From: a phage | DNA: 64,000 nucleotides | Assembly: GCA_024790105.1 (NCBI GenBank) | Contig: GCA_024790105.1_3053.1 | Direction: 5' to 3' (one strand) | In this document: positions 50,879 to 62,131 of the stretch, piece after piece | How the letters are laid out: every line of letters begins with the position of its first letter | Position numbering within the stretch: position 1 is the first letter of the stretch | Position numbers and translations under genes: made by a program | The notes under the pieces: generated by a model | Seen by the model: only the letters and a program-made list of their open reading frames with translations | Database searches by the model: none | Told to the model about the DNA's origin: nothing

Positions 50879-52009
50879 TTATGGATAGGTATAGATGATA
50901 CCAGTTTCTAAAGCAGTTTTGTGAATGATGTATCCATTACGCGATTCTTGGACATCAACTTCTGGATAATCTTTCATCATCTTCTGAAGAGTGTAACGAT
51001 GTAAGTAGTACTTACTATCTGGATCTTCAGTTTTCCAATCTTTACCTTCTTCAGTCATTTTTTGAATTTCATCCATAACCCACCAACCGCACCAGATGTA
51101 AGCTGAAGTACGATGTGGAAGAGGATGAACATAAGGCAATTCACCTTCTGGTTCCGGAGCAACTTTATCAGTCACCTGAACTTGGCCTGTTGCTTTAACT
51201 GTTTTACTATCATAGTCAGTTGCTGTAACGACAGCAGTAACTTCAATAGTTTGACTTCCAATAGATGAGGTATCAACAGTATATACGTTAGTTGACCCTT
51301 CCACAGGAGAAGAATCTTTCTTCCATGAATACGTAATTTGTGCTTCTTCCGGAGCATCCGTAACGTTAGCAGTAAATGTAGCTGAAGCATCTTGCTGAAC
51401 ATTAATAGAAGGAGGAGTCAATGTAACCTGTGGATTCATTGTCTTCTTATTAACTGTCAATGATACTTCATTGGAAGTAACTTCCTTTGCATCATAATCT
51501 GTCGCGGTTACTTGAGCTACACACTTAATTGTTTTAACTCCGCTTGTGGAAGGAGTGTAATTGAATGTAGCAGAAGTTGCTTCGCCCACAGGAGAACCGT
51601 CAACGTACCATTGATACGTAGCAGATGCGCCCGATGGCTGTGAAGCTAAGGCAGCAGTAAATTCAACGGCTGTTCCGATTACTCCTTCTGGAGGACTATT
51701 AGGAGTTACAGCTAAGGTAGTTGTCTGTGTCTTATTTTGAACTGTGATAGTTGTAGTAGCTTCTGCTGTTTCAGCATCAGTATCTGGAATTGTATTTGTT
51801 GCAACCACCTTAATAGTCTTTTGACCGGCAGGTCCTTTTAGTACATAACTAAAAGTTGCTTCAGCCCCATCTTGTGGAACATTATCTACAGTCCAAGCAT
51901 ATGTAATAGGTCCATCTCCAGTTTGACCACTGGGTGTAGCAGTAAACTGCTGAGTCTGATCTATAACTCCAGTAGGTGTTTTAGGAGTTATATCAACTGT
52001 AAAAGCCAT
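50879..52009 (-). CDS. hoc: Hoc highly immunogenic outer capsid protein (Ig-like domains)
   Basis: 376 aa, repeated Ig-like segments, as T4 Hoc. Confidence 0.9.
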   Translation of the reverse strand: MAFTVDITPKTPTGVIDQTQQFTATPSGQTGDGPITYAWTVDNVPQDGAEATFSYVLKGPAGQKTIKVVATNTIPDTDAETAEATTTITVQNKTQTTTLAVTPNSPPEGVIGTAVEFTAALASQPSGASATYQWYVDGSPVGEATSATFNYTPSTSGVKTIKCVAQVTATDYDAKEVTSNEVSLTVNKKTMNPQVTLTPPSINVQQDASATFTANVTDAPEEAQITYSWKKDSSPVEGSTNVYTVDTSSIGSQTIEVTAVVTATDYDSKTVKATGQVQVTDKVAPEPEGELPYVHPLPHRTSAYIWCGWWVMDEIQKMTEEGKDWKTEDPDSKYYLHRYTLQKMMKDYPEVDVQESRNGYIIHKTALETGIIYTYP

Positions 52010-52018
52010 AAGTTATCC

Positions 52019-52699
52019 TTATTTTAATGTTACGAAAGAAGAATTACGTGTTTCACGAATTAGAACTGATCCGTCGCGATTAATGTAATAAATTAAGCTA
52101 AATAAAGTTTGGTGCGCCGACGCGTGTTCAAAACTAGTTGGGTGAGATTTCCAATCCGGAGTTTCAGCAATCCACTGGTAAATCCACCAAGGAACGGTGC
52201 AGAATCCTGGATTTTTTCCAATCAGCTGAAGATTCGGACTAAAGTTTTCCGGAAGAGTAAATACAGACGGCTTTTCAGATTCAATAATCTCAGCTACAGC
52301 CTGCTCGAATTTTTCTTCAACAAAAGGAGTATCTTCAATCAAAACATCGGTATTTTCAGGAATTTTATCCGTTTCTACTACTTCAATTTTAATATCAGAT
52401 TTAACTGGAGAATCAATCAGAAGTGCTGCTTCTGGATTAACTTCTTCATCGTCATATTTTAATCCCTCTGCAGCATCAGCAGCATCAATTAAGTCTTTAA
52501 TAGATAACCCATCAGTCTCTGGCATAGGTTCACTAGCGAGCTTCTGGAGGGCTTCTTCAATATCAGCAACGATATTATCAAAAGATTTATTCTTTTTGAC
52601 CTTTATACCAAACTGTTCAGCATATTCAGCTAATTTAGCTTTAGCTTCTTTATTATCATCAAGAGCCTTCAGCTCTGCAATATAATCTTTATCTATCAT
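52019..52699 (-). CDS. inh: Inh, inhibitor of prohead protease
   Basis: 226 aa, position between hoc and segE. Confidence 0.8.
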   Translation of the reverse strand: MIDKDYIAELKALDDNKEAKAKLAEYAEQFGIKVKKNKSFDNIVADIEEALQKLASEPMPETDGLSIKDLIDAADAAEGLKYDDEEVNPEAALLIDSPVKSDIKIEVVETDKIPENTDVLIEDTPFVEEKFEQAVAEIIESEKPSVFTLPENFSPNLQLIGKNPGFCTVPWWIYQWIAETPDWKSHPTSFEHASAHQTLFSLIYYINRDGSVLIRETRNSSFVTLK

Positions 52700-52712
52700 A
52701 ATATTTCCTCAG

Positions 52713-52720
52713 TATAAATA
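52713..52720 (+). promoter_or_regulatory. late promoter TATAAATA upstream of segE
   Basis: exact TATAAATA 28 nt upstream of segE. Confidence 0.5.
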
Positions 52721-52748
52721 TAGATATATTTATTACTCGGAAAATAGT

Positions 52749-53366
52749 ATGTACCACTTTGTATATGAAACAACAAATCTAATAAATGGTAAAAAGTATA
52801 TAGGAAAACACTCTACTGATGACTTGAATGATGGTTACCTTGGTTCCGGTAAGGCAATTCAGCAGGCTATAAAGAAATATGGTGAAAACAATTTCTCTAG
52901 AACAATACTAAAAGAGTTTAAAACTTCCGAAGAAGCGTACATGTATGAAGAAGAAATTATAACTCCTGAAATAATAAAAAGCAAAAATTATTATAATATG
53001 AAACCCGGTGGAATTGGTGGAATTGTTATGACTACAGAGGTTATAGCAAAGATGAAAGAATCTTCCGCTAAGAGATTTGAAAACTCACCGGGCACGGTAT
53101 TAGGTACAACTTGTTACACTAATGGAACTAAAAATATTTTTATTAAACCTGGAGAACTTGTTCCAGAAGGATTTGTAAAAGGGATGGTTCATCCTAATAG
53201 AAAGTCCAGAAAAGGATGTAAAGTCAAACCGACTACCACAGGAACTTTTTGGGTCAATAATGGTGCAATAAATAAATTAATACAGCCAGACGGTATTATT
53301 CCCGACGGATTTATTAAAGGTCGTCTCATGAAAAGAGATTCTAAAGGCAAATTTAGTAAGGCATAA
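52749..53366 (+). CDS. segE: GIY-YIG homing endonuclease SegE
   Basis: 205 aa; YHFVYETTNLINGKKYIGKHST GIY-YIG module; position between inh and uvsW. Confidence 0.85.
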   Translation: MYHFVYETTNLINGKKYIGKHSTDDLNDGYLGSGKAIQQAIKKYGENNFSRTILKEFKTSEEAYMYEEEIITPEIIKSKNYYNMKPGGIGGIVMTTEVIAKMKESSAKRFENSPGTVLGTTCYTNGTKNIFIKPGELVPEGFVKGMVHPNRKSRKGCKVKPTTTGTFWVNNGAINKLIQPDGIIPDGFIKGRLMKRDSKGKFSKA

Positions 53367-53368
53367 TT

Positions 53369-54877
53369 ATGGATATTAAAGTACATTTTCACGACTTCAG
53401 TCATGTACGCATCGATTGTGAAGAGAGCACGTTCCACGAATTAAGAGATTTCTTTTCGTTTGAGGCCGATGGATATAGATTTAACCCTCGCTTCAGATAT
53501 GGCAACTGGGATGGACGAATCCGTCTTTTAGATTATAATCGTCTTCTTCCATTCGGCTTAGTCGGGCAAATTAAAAAGTTCTGTGATAACTTTGGCTATA
53601 AAGCCTGGATTGACCCACAAATTAACGAAAAAGAAGAATTATCAAGAAAAGATTTTGATGAATGGCTTTCTAAATTAGAAATCTATTCAGGAAATAAAAG
53701 AATTGAACCACATTGGTATCAAAAAGATGCAGTGTTCGAAGGATTAGTTAATCGTCGTAGAATTCTTAATCTTCCAACATCCGCTGGTAAATCGTTAATT
53801 CAAGCTTTGCTTGCGCGATATTATTTGGAAAATTACGAAGGTAAAATTCTTATCATTGTTCCAACAACTGCTCTAACAACTCAGATGGCTGATGACTTTG
53901 TTGACTATCGTTTATTCAGTCATGCAATGATAAAGAAAATTGGTGGCGGAGCATCAAAAGATGATAAATGTAAAAATGATGCACCAGTCATTGTTGGTAC
54001 ATGGCAAACTGTAGTTAAACAGCCCAAAGAGTGGTTTTCTCAGTTTGGAATGATGATGAATGATGAATGCCATCTTGCTACAGGAAAAAGTATTTCATCT
54101 ATCATATCAGGTTTAAATAACTGCATGTTCAAATTCGGTTTGTCTGGTTCATTACGTGATGGCAAAGCCAATATCATGCAGTATGTTGGAATGTTTGGTG
54201 AAATATTTAAGCCAGTAACGACTTCTAAGTTAATGGAAGATGGACAAGTAACTGAGCTAAAAATTAATAGTATTTTTCTTCGCTATCCCGATGAGTTCAC
54301 TACTAAATTAAAGGGAAAAACTTACCAAGAAGAAATAAAAATTATTACTGGGCTCAGTAAAAGAAATAAATGGATCGCTAAATTAGCTATTAAGCTTGCG
54401 CAAAAAGATGAAAACGCTTTTGTCATGTTTAAACATGTATCACATGGTAAAGCTATTTTCGATTTAATTAAAAATGAATACGATAAAGTTTATTACGTAT
54501 CAGGGGAAGTTGATACCGAAACCCGCAACGTAATGAAAACTTTAGCTGAAAACGGTAAAGGAATAATTATAGTAGCTAGTTATGGCGTATTTTCTACTGG
54601 TATTTCAGTTAAAAATCTGCATCATGTTGTTTTAGCGCACGGCGTTAAATCAAAAATTATTGTATTACAAACAATCGGTCGTGTATTACGTAAGCATGGT
54701 TCTAAGACAATAGCAACAGTCTGGGACCTCATAGATGACGCGGGTGTAGTTTCTAAATCAAAAACATCTTCTAAAAAATACTCGCATTTAAACTATCTTT
54801 TAAAACATGGACTTGATCGTATTCAGCGTTATGCTGATGAAAAGTTTAATTATGTGATGAAAGAGGTTAAACTTTGA
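53369..54877 (+). CDS. uvsW: UvsW helicase (SF2)
   Basis: 502 aa; Walker A TSAGKS, DEAD-like MNDECH. Confidence 0.9.
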   Translation: MDIKVHFHDFSHVRIDCEESTFHELRDFFSFEADGYRFNPRFRYGNWDGRIRLLDYNRLLPFGLVGQIKKFCDNFGYKAWIDPQINEKEELSRKDFDEWLSKLEIYSGNKRIEPHWYQKDAVFEGLVNRRRILNLPTSAGKSLIQALLARYYLENYEGKILIIVPTTALTTQMADDFVDYRLFSHAMIKKIGGGASKDDKCKNDAPVIVGTWQTVVKQPKEWFSQFGMMMNDECHLATGKSISSIISGLNNCMFKFGLSGSLRDGKANIMQYVGMFGEIFKPVTTSKLMEDGQVTELKINSIFLRYPDEFTTKLKGKTYQEEIKIITGLSKRNKWIAKLAIKLAQKDENAFVMFKHVSHGKAIFDLIKNEYDKVYYVSGEVDTETRNVMKTLAENGKGIIIVASYGVFSTGISVKNLHHVVLAHGVKSKIIVLQTIGRVLRKHGSKTIATVWDLIDDAGVVSKSKTSSKKYSHLNYLLKHGLDRIQRYADEKFNYVMKEVKL

Positions 54878-55566
54878 ATTATAAATTAATATATGATAAT
54901 TTAATTAATAGAGCCCAGAATCGGGCTCGCATTAGTGGATACACTGAAACTCATCATATAATTCCTAGATGTATGGGTGGTACAGATGATAAGTGTAATT
55001 TAGTAGAACTAACGGCTGAAGAACATTTTATAGCCCATAAACTTTTAGCTAAAATTCATCCAAACCATTACGGTATAATTAAAGCTGTTATATGTATGGG
55101 GATGAATTCAAATACTCATGAAAGACACGTTAATAAATCTTACGCATGGGAACGTCGTAAAATGGCAGAACTTCAATCCGGCGAAGGTAATCCATTTTAC
55201 GGAAAACACCATACGGAAGAACATAAACAATATATGTCAAAACTCATGAAAAGTCGTCCAATTACATGGGGAAATAAAATTAGTAAAACTAAAAGAATGA
55301 ACCCAACGAAATGGACTGAAGAAGCTAAAAGATTACATTCAATCAATCAATCGGGTAAAAATAACGGCATGTATGGAAGGAAACATTCCGCTAAATCTAT
55401 TCAGAAAATTAAAGATAACATGCCGGATAATTCAGGAGCTAATAACCCAGCTGCTAAACCTATAGAAGTAAATGGTGTTAAATATAAATGTATGAAAGAT
55501 GCTTCTAAAGCTACTGGATTATCAATGTACAAACTAAGAATACTTAGAAAAACAGTTAATTTATAA
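54874..55566 (+). CDS. HNH homing endonuclease (Mob-like, NUMOD repeats) inserted between uvsW and uvsW.1
   Basis: 230 aa; ETHHIIPRCMGG...EEHFIAHKLL HNH core, repeated G-x-N-P/G-x-Y/F-G-K-H modules; TTG start overlapping the uvsW TGA. Confidence 0.8.
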   Translation: MNYKLIYDNLINRAQNRARISGYTETHHIIPRCMGGTDDKCNLVELTAEEHFIAHKLLAKIHPNHYGIIKAVICMGMNSNTHERHVNKSYAWERRKMAELQSGEGNPFYGKHHTEEHKQYMSKLMKSRPITWGNKISKTKRMNPTKWTEEAKRLHSINQSGKNNGMYGRKHSAKSIQKIKDNMPDNSGANNPAAKPIEVNGVKYKCMKDASKATGLSMYKLRILRKTVNL

Positions 55567-55579
55567 GGGCTTCGGCCCT
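55566..55579 (+). promoter_or_regulatory. UUCG-tetraloop hairpin between the HNH gene and uvsW.1
   Basis: agggc-ttcg-gccct directly after the HNH stop and before the uvsW.1 SD. Confidence 0.4.
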
Positions 55580-55591
55580 TTGGAGAAAAAG

Positions 55592-55822
55592 ATGTTACTA
55601 GGATTTAAACAATTTCTTTATGAAGCTTCTATTGATGAATTTATGGGTAAAATTGCCTCTTGCCAAACATTAGAAGGTTTAGAAGAACTTGAAGCTTATT
55701 ATAAGAAAAGAGTTAAAGAAACTGAATTAAAAGATACTGATGACATCTCTGTAAGAGATGCTTTGGCAGGAAAAAGAGCTGAATTAGAAGATTCAGACGA
55801 TGAAGTAGAAGAAAGCTTTTAA
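55592..55822 (+). CDS. uvsW.1: UvsW.1 (C-terminal helicase-associated small protein)
   Basis: start set at MLLGFKQFLYEA preceded by GGAG; 76 aa. Confidence 0.7.
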   Translation: MLLGFKQFLYEASIDEFMGKIASCQTLEGLEELEAYYKKRVKETELKDTDDISVRDALAGKRAELEDSDDEVEESF

Positions 55823-55878
55823 ATTAAAAAAAGGCCCAACCAAAAAGGAAGGGCCAAAACTATAGACTAAAGGTCACA

Positions 55879-56109
55879 CTATAGCAAAAGTTGTGTTTCA
55901 TTTAATTGTTCTTCCGAACTTTCTGAAACTGGTAGTTCTTTAATGTAATTATAGCAAGGCCCAGGATGTACAGGACCTTTGTCTGTTTCAACAACCAATG
56001 CAGAATCGATTGGAGTTTTACAGACAACACAAATCTTATCTGACATGATTGTCTCCTTTTGAATATAGTAATATTTATAAACCCATTTTAATCCGCATTT
56101 CTTGTACAC
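55879..56109 (-). CDS. hypothetical protein (uvsY.-2 position)
   Basis: 76-aa ORF with CxxC...C motif. Confidence 0.55.
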   Translation of the reverse strand: MYKKCGLKWVYKYYYIQKETIMSDKICVVCKTPIDSALVVETDKGPVHPGPCYNYIKELPVSESSEEQLNETQLLL

Positions 56110-56169
56110 GGATTAAGCAGGCTTCCATCTCTGCTAATAGTCGAAATACTTCTTTATAATCTGTCATAT

Positions 56170-56397
56170 TTACCCCATATCTCTCATATGCATATCAATG
56201 CCCATATCTTTAGAATAAAAATATTCATCAAGATATCCGGCAAATTTTCCTTTAATATAAAGGACATCTTCACCACACGGGTGGTCGGCCAGGATACGAA
56301 TATCCTGACGCTTAAGATTATGCTTTTTCATTAAGAATTGAATTTCCGTTTCAAATTCTTCTTCATAATTAAAAGCATCATCAATGTTATATCTCAT
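56170..56397 (-). CDS. hypothetical protein (uvsY.-1 position)
   Basis: 75-aa ORF. Confidence 0.55.
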   Translation of the reverse strand: MRYNIDDAFNYEEEFETEIQFLMKKHNLKRQDIRILADHPCGEDVLYIKGKFAGYLDEYFYSKDMGIDMHMRDMG

Positions 56398-56810
56398 TAT
56401 TTTCCAGCCTCAAATGCCCGCATGTCTTGAATATGCTTAATAGCAAATCCACGTGATTTGATAGCATCAAGAGCTCCACTGCAGAAATCTAATAAAATCC
56501 CCCAATACTGTAACGAGGTATCAACCTTTAAAACATCCTTATCAGCTGATAGAACTGTCTTCATTTCTGATTTCTCGTAACGATCCATACTAAATTCATC
56601 ACCATCTCCTCGTCCCGAGTAGTAGTCTAATCTAGCTTTAAGAGCAACTTTTTTCTGTGCGTCAATTCTAAGCATTTCCTTTTTAATACTTGAATGCTTA
56701 TTAAGCCATTTACTATATAACATTACATTGTTAGCTGCTTCATACTGTAATTTAGTCGAATCTATAAACACATCTTTCTTCAATTCTTCTTGAAGATCTT
56801 CTAATCTCAT
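56397..56810 (-). CDS. uvsY: UvsY recombination mediator
   Basis: 137 aa, as T4 UvsY. Confidence 0.9.
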   Translation of the reverse strand: MRLEDLQEELKKDVFIDSTKLQYEAANNVMLYSKWLNKHSSIKKEMLRIDAQKKVALKARLDYYSGRGDGDEFSMDRYEKSEMKTVLSADKDVLKVDTSLQYWGILLDFCSGALDAIKSRGFAIKHIQDMRAFEAGK

Positions 56811-56876
56811 ATTGTTCTCTATTCAATTGTTATTGGATGGACTTAGATTCATTATACCACGTTTATACGTGAAGCA

Positions 56877-57275
56877 TTATACTCTATTACTGGAAGCCAG
56901 TTGCAGTTTTATCTGCTCAATATCATCGGGGTTATCGATGACCGAAAAGCGTATTTCTACTATTAGAGTATAATCATCATAAACGGGTATCACATTAACT
57001 GATAATTTATCAATACGTGGTTCATAGTTTCTTACTGCGCTTTCAATATTGCGCTCAACTGTGTCAGCAGTAAGAGGAGTCATATTTTCAAAAAGCTGGT
57101 CTGATAAATCACATCCAAATTCAGGGTCAAACGGTCTTGAACCTTTTCTTGTTGTAATAATTCCCAAAAGACTGTTTTTAATTGACCTTAATCCAAGTGA
57201 TCTGGAAACATCTTTGTTCCAATCCATTTTCATTTCCGGGTCAATATCAGAATAAAGCTTATTAATATTTGCCAT
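56877..57275 (-). CDS. 25: gp25 baseplate wedge (lysozyme-like)
   Basis: 132 aa, as T4 gp25. Confidence 0.9.
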   Translation of the reverse strand: MANINKLYSDIDPEMKMDWNKDVSRSLGLRSIKNSLLGIITTRKGSRPFDPEFGCDLSDQLFENMTPLTADTVERNIESAVRNYEPRIDKLSVNVIPVYDDYTLIVEIRFSVIDNPDDIEQIKLQLASSNRV

Positions 57276-57901
57276 TATAATAGCTCAAAGAATTCTTTGA
57301 GTCCTCTTATTACATGAGCGTGAGTTTTTCCACACTCTGGACATTTAATTGGAACAGCCAAATAAACGGTAGGCTTTAAAAGCATATCTTTTATAGCTAC
57401 AATATCTGACTCTGTGATGATAGAATATAAATCTTCCAGTTCTTTTTCATTTAAGTCTTCAACTGGAATGCTTTCCCCGTTAGCGTGAATCGTTTCTATG
57501 CATGATACTATCATGTGGGCTATATTTTTATCATCAAAAATTTTAGGGTATCGGAATTTAATTTTAATGTCACCTAGTGTATACCAGAGGTCTTCTGGTG
57601 CATCTATTTGTGCATGTAATAGATTTATATGGGTTGGTATTTCAGTTCCACAGGTGCACTTCCAGGAGTTTTCGTGATTAACTTCGCCGAGAGAATGTGC
57701 CCATAAATGAATCAACAATAGTTCTGATTCTTGGCGGTTTAAATCTTTTGCATTTGTGCAGTCTTTGATTAGCTTTTTAACAATTACTTCTACAGAACCA
57801 TTATTTTTGGCAGTAATAAGTTCTAGATATTCTTTAAGCGTGAATGCGCGACAATTGATTATTTTAGAACCAACTCTCACATCAAATTTGTATTCATACA
57901 T
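57275..57901 (-). CDS. 26: gp26 baseplate hub
   Basis: 208 aa, position as in T4. Confidence 0.85.
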   Translation of the reverse strand: MYEYKFDVRVGSKIINCRAFTLKEYLELITAKNNGSVEVIVKKLIKDCTNAKDLNRQESELLLIHLWAHSLGEVNHENSWKCTCGTEIPTHINLLHAQIDAPEDLWYTLGDIKIKFRYPKIFDDKNIAHMIVSCIETIHANGESIPVEDLNEKELEDLYSIITESDIVAIKDMLLKPTVYLAVPIKCPECGKTHAHVIRGLKEFFELL

Positions 57902-57922
57902 ATTTAGCTCCTTTATTTATCA

Positions 57923-57934
57923 TATTTATAAATA
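57923..57934. promoter_or_regulatory. divergent overlapping late promoters between gene 26 (-) and gene 51 (+)
   Basis: tatttataaata: TATAAATA readable on both strands. Confidence 0.6.
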
Positions 57935-57951
57935 GAATAAAAGGAGCATCT

Positions 57952-58701
57952 ATGGCAAACATTATTCGTTGTAAATTACCAGATGGTGTTCATCGTTTTA
58001 AACCATTTACGGTAGAAGATTATCGAGATTTTTTGTTAGTTCGAAACGATATAGAACATCGGTCACCACAAGAACAAAAAGAAATAATTACTGATTTAAT
58101 TGATGATTATTTTGGAGACTATCCGAAGACTTGGCAACCATTTATATTTTTGCAGGTATTTGTAGGGTCAATAGGTAAAACAAAAGTACCAGTCACATTT
58201 GTATGTCCAAAATGTAAAAAAGAAAAGACAGTTCCATTTGAAATATACCAAAAAGAATTAAAGGAGCCTGTTTTTGATGTAGCTAATGTTAAAATTAAAT
58301 TAAAGTTTCCTTCTGAGTTTTATGAAAATAAAGCAAAGATGATTACTGAAAATATTCATTCTGTTCAAGTAGATGAAACTTGGTATGATTGGAAGGAAAT
58401 TAGCGAGTCCAGTCAAATAGAACTCGTTGACGCCATCGAGATAGAAACATTAGAAAAAATTCTCGATGCAATGAATCCTATTAATTTAACTCTACATATG
58501 TCATGCTGTAATAAGTACATTAAAAAATACACTGATATAGTAGACGTGTTTAAGCTATTAGTTAACCCAGATGAGATATTTACTTTTTATCAAATTAATC
58601 ACACACTCGTAAAAAGTAATTATAGCTTAAATTCAATAATGAAAATGATTCCTGCTGAGCGCGGATTCGTATTAAAACTGATTGAGAAGGATAAACAATA
58701 A
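57952..58701 (+). CDS. 51: gp51 baseplate hub assembly catalyst
   Basis: 249 aa, as T4 gp51. Confidence 0.85.
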   Translation: MANIIRCKLPDGVHRFKPFTVEDYRDFLLVRNDIEHRSPQEQKEIITDLIDDYFGDYPKTWQPFIFLQVFVGSIGKTKVPVTFVCPKCKKEKTVPFEIYQKELKEPVFDVANVKIKLKFPSEFYENKAKMITENIHSVQVDETWYDWKEISESSQIELVDAIEIETLEKILDAMNPINLTLHMSCCNKYIKKYTDIVDVFKLLVNPDEIFTFYQINHTLVKSNYSLNSIMKMIPAERGFVLKLIEKDKQ

Positions 58702-59876
58702 TGAGTATGTTGCAACGCCCCGGATATCCAAATCTCAGCGTTAAATTATTTGATAGCTACGACGCTTGGAGTAATAATAGATTTGTTGAATTAGCTGCTA
58801 CTATTACTACATTAACTATGCGGGATTCTCTTTATGGCCGAAATGAAGGAATGCTGCAGTTTTATGATTCTAAAAACATCCATACAAAAATGGATGGAAA
58901 TGAAATAATTCAGATTTCTGTAGCTAATGCAAATGATATTAATAATGTTAAAACACGAATTTATGGATGTAAGCATTTTTCCGTGTCAGTAGATTCAAAA
59001 GGTGATAACATCATTGCTATTGAATTGGGAACTATTCATTCTATAGAAAATCTTAAATTTGGTAGACCATTTTTCCCTGATGCAGGTGAATCTATAAAAG
59101 AAATGCTTGGCGTCATTTATCAAGACCGTACATTATTAACTCCAGCGATAAATGCTATAAATGCTTATGTTCCTGATATTCCATGGACTAGCACATTTGA
59201 AAACTATTTGTCATATGTAAGAGAAGTTGCTCTAGCTGTAGGAAGCGACAAATTTGTATTTGTATGGCAAGACATCATGGGAGTTAACATGATGGACTAT
59301 GATATGATGATAAATCAAGAACCATATCCAATGATTGTCGGTGAGCCATCTTTAATAGGTCAATTCATCCAAGAATTAAAATATCCATTAGCATATGATT
59401 TTGTTTGGTTGACTAAATCGAATCCTCACAAACGTGACCCAATGAAAAATGCTACTATCTATGCTCATTCATTTTTAGATTCTTCATTGCCAATGATTAC
59501 TACAGGAAAGGGCGAAAACTCTATTGTAGTGTCAAGGTCAGGTGCTTATTCTGAAATGACTTATAGGAATGGATATGAAGAAGCTATTCGTCTTCAAACT
59601 ATGGCGCAATATGACGGCTATGCTAAATGTTCTACTGTCGGTAATTTTAACTTGACTCCTGGTGTTAAAATTATTTTTAATGATAGTAAAAACCAATTTA
59701 AAACAGAATTTTACGTTGATGAAGTTATCCATGAATTATCCAATAATAATTCAGTAACTCATCTATATATGTTCACTAATGCAACGAAACTGGAAACAAT
59801 AGACCCAGTTAAGGTTAAAAATGAATTTAAATCTGATACTACCACTGAAGAAAGTAGTTCTTCCAATAAGCAATAA
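58701..59876 (+). CDS. 27: gp27 baseplate hub
   Basis: 391 aa, as T4 gp27. Confidence 0.9.
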   Translation: MSMLQRPGYPNLSVKLFDSYDAWSNNRFVELAATITTLTMRDSLYGRNEGMLQFYDSKNIHTKMDGNEIIQISVANANDINNVKTRIYGCKHFSVSVDSKGDNIIAIELGTIHSIENLKFGRPFFPDAGESIKEMLGVIYQDRTLLTPAINAINAYVPDIPWTSTFENYLSYVREVALAVGSDKFVFVWQDIMGVNMMDYDMMINQEPYPMIVGEPSLIGQFIQELKYPLAYDFVWLTKSNPHKRDPMKNATIYAHSFLDSSLPMITTGKGENSIVVSRSGAYSEMTYRNGYEEAIRLQTMAQYDGYAKCSTVGNFNLTPGVKIIFNDSKNQFKTEFYVDEVIHELSNNNSVTHLYMFTNATKLETIDPVKVKNEFKSDTTTEESSSSNKQ

Positions 59877-60354
59877 AGAAGTTTCTATTCCTAAAATGGG
59901 TCTTAAACATTATAACATTTTAAAGGATGTTAAAGGTCCTGATGAAAATTTAAAACTTCTTATTGATTCTATTTGTCCGAATTTATCACCGGCAGAAGTT
60001 GATTTCGTTTCTATTCATTTATTGGAATTTAATGGAAAGATTAAATCTCGTAAAGAAATAGATGGCTATACTTATGACATTAATGATGTCTATGTATGCC
60101 AAAGATTAGAATTTCAATACCAAGGAAATACATTTTATTTTAGACCTCCTGGAAAATTTGAACAATTTTTAACGGTGAGCGATATGTTATCTAAATGCTT
60201 GCTTAAGGTCAATGATGAAGTTAAAGAAATTAATTTTCTTGAGATGCCAGCATTCGTTTTAAAATGGGCAAATGATATTTTTACAACTTTAGCAATTCCT
60301 GGCCCTAATGGTCCAATAACTGGAATTGGCAATATTATTGGATTATTTGAATGA
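59821..60354 (+). CDS. 28: gp28 baseplate hub distal subunit
   Basis: 177 aa, overlaps gp27 3' end as in T4. Confidence 0.85.
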   Translation: MNLNLILPLKKVVLPISNKEVSIPKMGLKHYNILKDVKGPDENLKLLIDSICPNLSPAEVDFVSIHLLEFNGKIKSRKEIDGYTYDINDVYVCQRLEFQYQGNTFYFRPPGKFEQFLTVSDMLSKCLLKVNDEVKEINFLEMPAFVLKWANDIFTTLAIPGPNGPITGIGNIIGLFE

Positions 60355-62123
60355 AAAAGCCACAAGAAATGCAAACGATGCGTAGAAAAGTTATTTCAGA
60401 TAATAAACCAACACAGGAAGCGGCTAAATCCGCTTCTAACATTTTATCTGGACTTAACGATATATCTACGAAATTGGATGATGCTCAAGCTGCCTCTGAA
60501 TTAATAGCTCAAACTGTCGAAGAAAAATCGAATGAAATAATTGGAGCAATTGATAGCGTAGAAAGCGCAGTGAGTGATACTACTGCCGGTTCTGAGTTAA
60601 TTGCTGAAACTGTCGAAATTGGCAACAATATTAATAAAGAAATCGGTGAATCACTCGGAAGCAAATTAGATAAATTAACGAGTTTATTAGAACAAAAAAT
60701 TCAGACAGCTGGAATTCAACAGACAGGAACAAGTTTAGCCACAGTTGAAAGCGCTATTCCTGTTAAAGTCGTTGAGGATGATACTGCTGAATCTGTGGGT
60801 CCTTTATTACCAGCTCCCGAAGCAGTTAATAATGATCCTGACGCTGATTTTTTTCCTACCCCTCAACCAGTTGAACCCAAACAAGAATCACCAGAAGAAA
60901 AACAGAAAAAAGAAGCATTTAACTTAAAATTATCTCAAGCTTTAGATAAATTAACAAAGACAGTTGATTTTGGATTTAAGAAATCTATTTCAATTACTGA
61001 TAAAATATCAAGCATGCTATTTAAGTACACCGTCAGTGCTGCTATTGAAGCTGCTAAAATGACTGCAATGATATTGGCTGTTGTTGTTGGAATAGACTTG
61101 TTGATGGTTCACTTTAAATACTGGTCAGATAAATTTTCGCAAGCCTGGGACTTGTTTAGTACTGACTTTACTAAATTCTCTAGCGAAACCGGAACATGGG
61201 GACCTTTATTACAGAGCATCTTTAGCTCTATTGACGAAATTAAAAAATTCTGGGAAGCTGGAGATTGGGGCGGTTTGACGGTAGCTATTGTAGAAGGGCT
61301 TGGAAAGGTTCTTTTTAATTTAGGAGAGCTTATTCAATTAGGTATGGCTAAATTATCTGCGGCAATTCTTCGAGTCATTCCTGGCATGAAGGATACTGCT
61401 GATGAAGTAGAAGGAAGAGCACTAGAAAATTTCCAAAATTCTACTGGAGCATCTCTCAATAAAGAAGACCAAGAAAAAGTAGCGAATTATCAAGATAAAC
61501 GAATGAATGGAGACCTTGGTCCGATAGCAGAAGGACTAGACAAAATTGCGAACTGGAAAACTCGTGCATCTAACTGGATTCGTGGTGTTGATAATAAAGA
61601 AGCACTAACTACCGACGAAGAACGTGCAGCAGAAGAAGAAAAATTAAAGCAACTTTCACCAGAAGAAAGAAAAAATGCTTTAATGAAAGCTAATGAAGCT
61701 CGTGCTGCGATGATTCGTTTTGAAAAATATGCTGATTCGGCTGATATGAGTAAAGACTCAACGGTTAAATCAGTTGAAGCTGCTTATGAAGACCTTAAAA
61801 AACGGATGGATGACCCGGATTTAAATAATTCACCGGCAGTTAAAAAAGAACTTGCTTCTAGATTTGCTAAAATTGATGCTACTTATCAAGAGCTCAAGAA
61901 AAATCAGCCTAATGCCAAACCTGAAACTTCTGCTAAATCACCAGAAGCGAAACAGGTCCAGGTTATTGAAAAGAACAAAGCACAACAAGCTCCTGTTCAA
62001 CAAGCATCTCCTTCAATCAATAATACTAATAATGTTATTAAGAAAAATACTGTCGTTCATAATATGACACCTGTTACGAGCACAACTGCTCCTGGTGTAT
62101 TTGGCGCGACTGGAGTTAATTAA
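60351..62123 (+). CDS. 29: gp29 tail length tape-measure / baseplate hub
   Basis: 590 aa, as T4 gp29. Confidence 0.9.
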   Translation: MKKPQEMQTMRRKVISDNKPTQEAAKSASNILSGLNDISTKLDDAQAASELIAQTVEEKSNEIIGAIDSVESAVSDTTAGSELIAETVEIGNNINKEIGESLGSKLDKLTSLLEQKIQTAGIQQTGTSLATVESAIPVKVVEDDTAESVGPLLPAPEAVNNDPDADFFPTPQPVEPKQESPEEKQKKEAFNLKLSQALDKLTKTVDFGFKKSISITDKISSMLFKYTVSAAIEAAKMTAMILAVVVGIDLLMVHFKYWSDKFSQAWDLFSTDFTKFSSETGTWGPLLQSIFSSIDEIKKFWEAGDWGGLTVAIVEGLGKVLFNLGELIQLGMAKLSAAILRVIPGMKDTADEVEGRALENFQNSTGASLNKEDQEKVANYQDKRMNGDLGPIAEGLDKIANWKTRASNWIRGVDNKEALTTDEERAAEEEKLKQLSPEERKNALMKANEARAAMIRFEKYADSADMSKDSTVKSVEAAYEDLKKRMDDPDLNNSPAVKKELASRFAKIDATYQELKKNQPNAKPETSAKSPEAKQVQVIEKNKAQQAPVQQASPSINNTNNVIKKNTVVHNMTPVTSTTAPGVFGATGVN

Positions 62124-62131
62124 GGAATAAT

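Noticed and set aside
52109-52462. 117-aa plus-strand ORF
   Set aside because: Antisense to inh; A/T-rich low-complexity translation.
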